Assembly: GCA_016235455.1 (NCBI GenBank)
Contig: JACRKZ010000035.1
Span: forward strand, 1-26,392
DNA: 26,392 nucleotides
Reading direction: 5' to 3'
From: Armatimonadota bacterium
GTDB taxonomy: Bacteria > Armatimonadota > UBA10988
Of the stretch, positions 25,095 through 26,392 are shown in pieces. The notes below the pieces were generated by a model, which had not been told where the DNA came from, searched no databases, and was given only the letters and a program-made list of their open reading frames with translations. Each line of letters starts with the position of its first letter. The stretch's first letter is position 1. The translations under genes and the position numbers were made by a program.

Positions 25095-25107
25095 TGCTAT
25101 GATAGCA
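25095..25107. promoter_or_regulatory. Palindromic bidirectional extended -10 element
   Basis: TGCTAT-G-ATAGCA reads TG-C-TATGAT on + and TG-C-TATCAT on -, inside a 31-bp divergent intergenic gap. Confidence 0.6.
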
Positions 25108-25122
25108 CTGGGAGTCGTAAAC

Positions 25123-26100
25123 ATGAGGGTGGTTCTGGTCGGCGGTTCGGGCCATGGGTTCAACCACCTTCAGGTCTGGCGGAAGCTCCCCGGACTGACG
25201 CGACTGACGGTCGTTGGCCGCGATACCGGCCGGTTGGCCGAGCTCGCCGCGCAGTACGAAGTGGCTACCAGCCTCGACCTTGCCGCGGCGCTAAGCGAAG
25301 CCGATCTGGTGGACATCGCCACTCCCACGGATACCCATTTCGACCTCGCGCGCCAGGCTGTTGCCGCCGGCGTGCCGACCATCGTCGAGAAGCCGGCGTG
25401 CCGCACCGTGGCCCAGGCCGAGGCGCTGGCCGCCGAGGCCGGCTCGACGCCGCTGGCCTGCGTGCTCAACTACCGCTGCTCGCCTGTCTGGCTGCGGGCG
25501 CGTGAGTTGGTGGCGTGGGGCGCCATCGGCCGGCCGCTGTTGTCCATGTGGCCGGTGCTGGCCGACAACCGGCACCTCATGGTGGGTGATGGCTTCCGCG
25601 CCGATGCCGCGCGCGGCGGTGGCGCGCTGCTTGACGGCGCGTTCCACATCGTGGGCCTGATGCCGTGGGTGCTGGGTACGCCGATGCGCGCCGTGACCGC
25701 CTGGCTGGGTCGCCTGGCCAGCGCGCCGCCCGCCGGCGAGGACACTGCCATGGCCATCTATGAGCACGATGGCGGCGCGGCGCAACTGACCTACTCGTGG
25801 GCAGTGCCCAATCCGGCGCGCATGCCCGCCGCCACGCTTATCGGCACGGATGCCACGCTGCTCGTGCCGCGCTCGGCCAAGCAGCCCATCGAGCTCATCC
25901 GCGACCGCGAGACCAGCGAAGTCGACCTGGGCGAGTACCGCACCTGGCCGCGCAACGACCTGGGCAACGCGCTGACGCGCTTCGCCGACAACCCCGCCGC
26001 GGCCGCGGGCGAGACTTGGGCCGCCGCTCTGGGGATGCAACGCATGGTGGAGCAGACTGAACTCGCCGCCTCGACGGGCGCCCGCGTCGTGCTCGGATGA
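25123..26100 (+). CDS. Gfo/Idh/MocA family oxidoreductase (325 aa)
   Basis: ATG 25123 after GGGAG; Rossmann-like VVLVGGSGHG, DLVDIATPTDTH, IVEKP, NYR, GGGALLDGAFH, GEDTA. Confidence 0.92.
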   Translation: MRVVLVGGSGHGFNHLQVWRKLPGLTRLTVVGRDTGRLAELAAQYEVATSLDLAAALSEADLVDIATPTDTHFDLARQAVAAGVPTIVEKPACRTVAQAEALAAEAGSTPLACVLNYRCSPVWLRARELVAWGAIGRPLLSMWPVLADNRHLMVGDGFRADAARGGGALLDGAFHIVGLMPWVLGTPMRAVTAWLGRLASAPPAGEDTAMAIYEHDGGAAQLTYSWAVPNPARMPAATLIGTDATLLVPRSAKQPIELIRDRETSEVDLGEYRTWPRNDLGNALTRFADNPAAAAGETWAAALGMQRMVEQTELAASTGARVVLG

Positions 26101-26392
26101 GCGCGCTCTGGCTGGCGCTGGGCAGCTATCTGGTGGTCCTGCCGGCGACGCAGCGGTTGACCGCCGGGCCGCTGGTGCTGGCCGTGTTGGTCGCCGTGCT
26201 GCTGCGACTGCCGCGCTGGCAGGCCCGACCCGGTGACGGCCCGTCGCTCGACGCCGACCATGCCGCACTCCGCGGCTGGATAGAGCAACTCGCGGCACTC
26301 GCTCACCGGCGCGTCAGCCGTGTCGTCGTGGTTGAGACCGCCGACGTCGCCGTGAGTGTCTGGGGGCGCACCGTGGCGTTGCGCGCCGCCGA
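26097..26392 (+). CDS. Membrane protein, partial (possibly the N-terminus of an M48/HtpX-like peptidase)
   Basis: ATG overlaps the oxidoreductase stop (ATGA). Hand translation MSALWLALGSYLVVLPATQRLTAGPLVLAVLVAVLLRLPRW...HAALRGWIEQLAALAHRRVSRVVVVE, open to the window end. No HExxH is visible yet, so the family call is tentative. Confidence 0.6.
   Translation, partial: MSALWLALGSYLVVLPATQRLTAGPLVLAVLVAVLLRLPRWQARPGDGPSLDADHAALRGWIEQLAALAHRRVSRVVVVETADVAVSVWGRTVALRAA

Noticed and set aside
1-26392. CRISPR arrays, tRNA/rRNA, IS/integrase or prophage genes
   Set aside because: No spaced repeats, RNA-gene signatures or recombinase/transposase motifs seen; intergenic gaps are short and composition appears uniform.

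Overview
Very GC-rich, gene-dense bacterial window with 18 likely CDSs. I found no rRNA, tRNA, CRISPR array or mobile element. Left end, minus strand: a two-gene unit of an 883-aa protein (cold-shock/OB folds flanking a long helical region) and a >943-aa STAND NTPase missed by the ORF track (degenerate HD domain, nSTAND1-type ATPase, HEAT repeats, probable PQQ-type propeller running off the window). Next come a Cu(I) P1B-ATPase (copA), two small lipoproteins, a MATE transporter and a BtuF-like binding protein. These are followed by a polysaccharide export/assembly cluster: a Wza-like protein with 7 SLBB repeats, a kinase-less Wzc/GumC-like protein, a Wzy/O-antigen ligase, a GH123/DUF4091-like hydrolase, a propeller-TPR protein and a class I GATase. 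On the minus strand, a trypsin-TPR protease is followed by an ECF sigma factor, a translationally coupled PilB/GspE-type ATPase whose N-terminus resembles an anti-sigma domain, and an amidohydrolase. The window ends with a Gfo/Idh/MocA oxidoreductase and a partial membrane protein. The best candidates for undescribed systems are (1) the ECF sigma / anti-sigma-like-PilB/GspE fusion pair and (2) the OB-fold protein + HD-STAND-HEAT operon. All domain calls are from manual motif reading; no searches were run.
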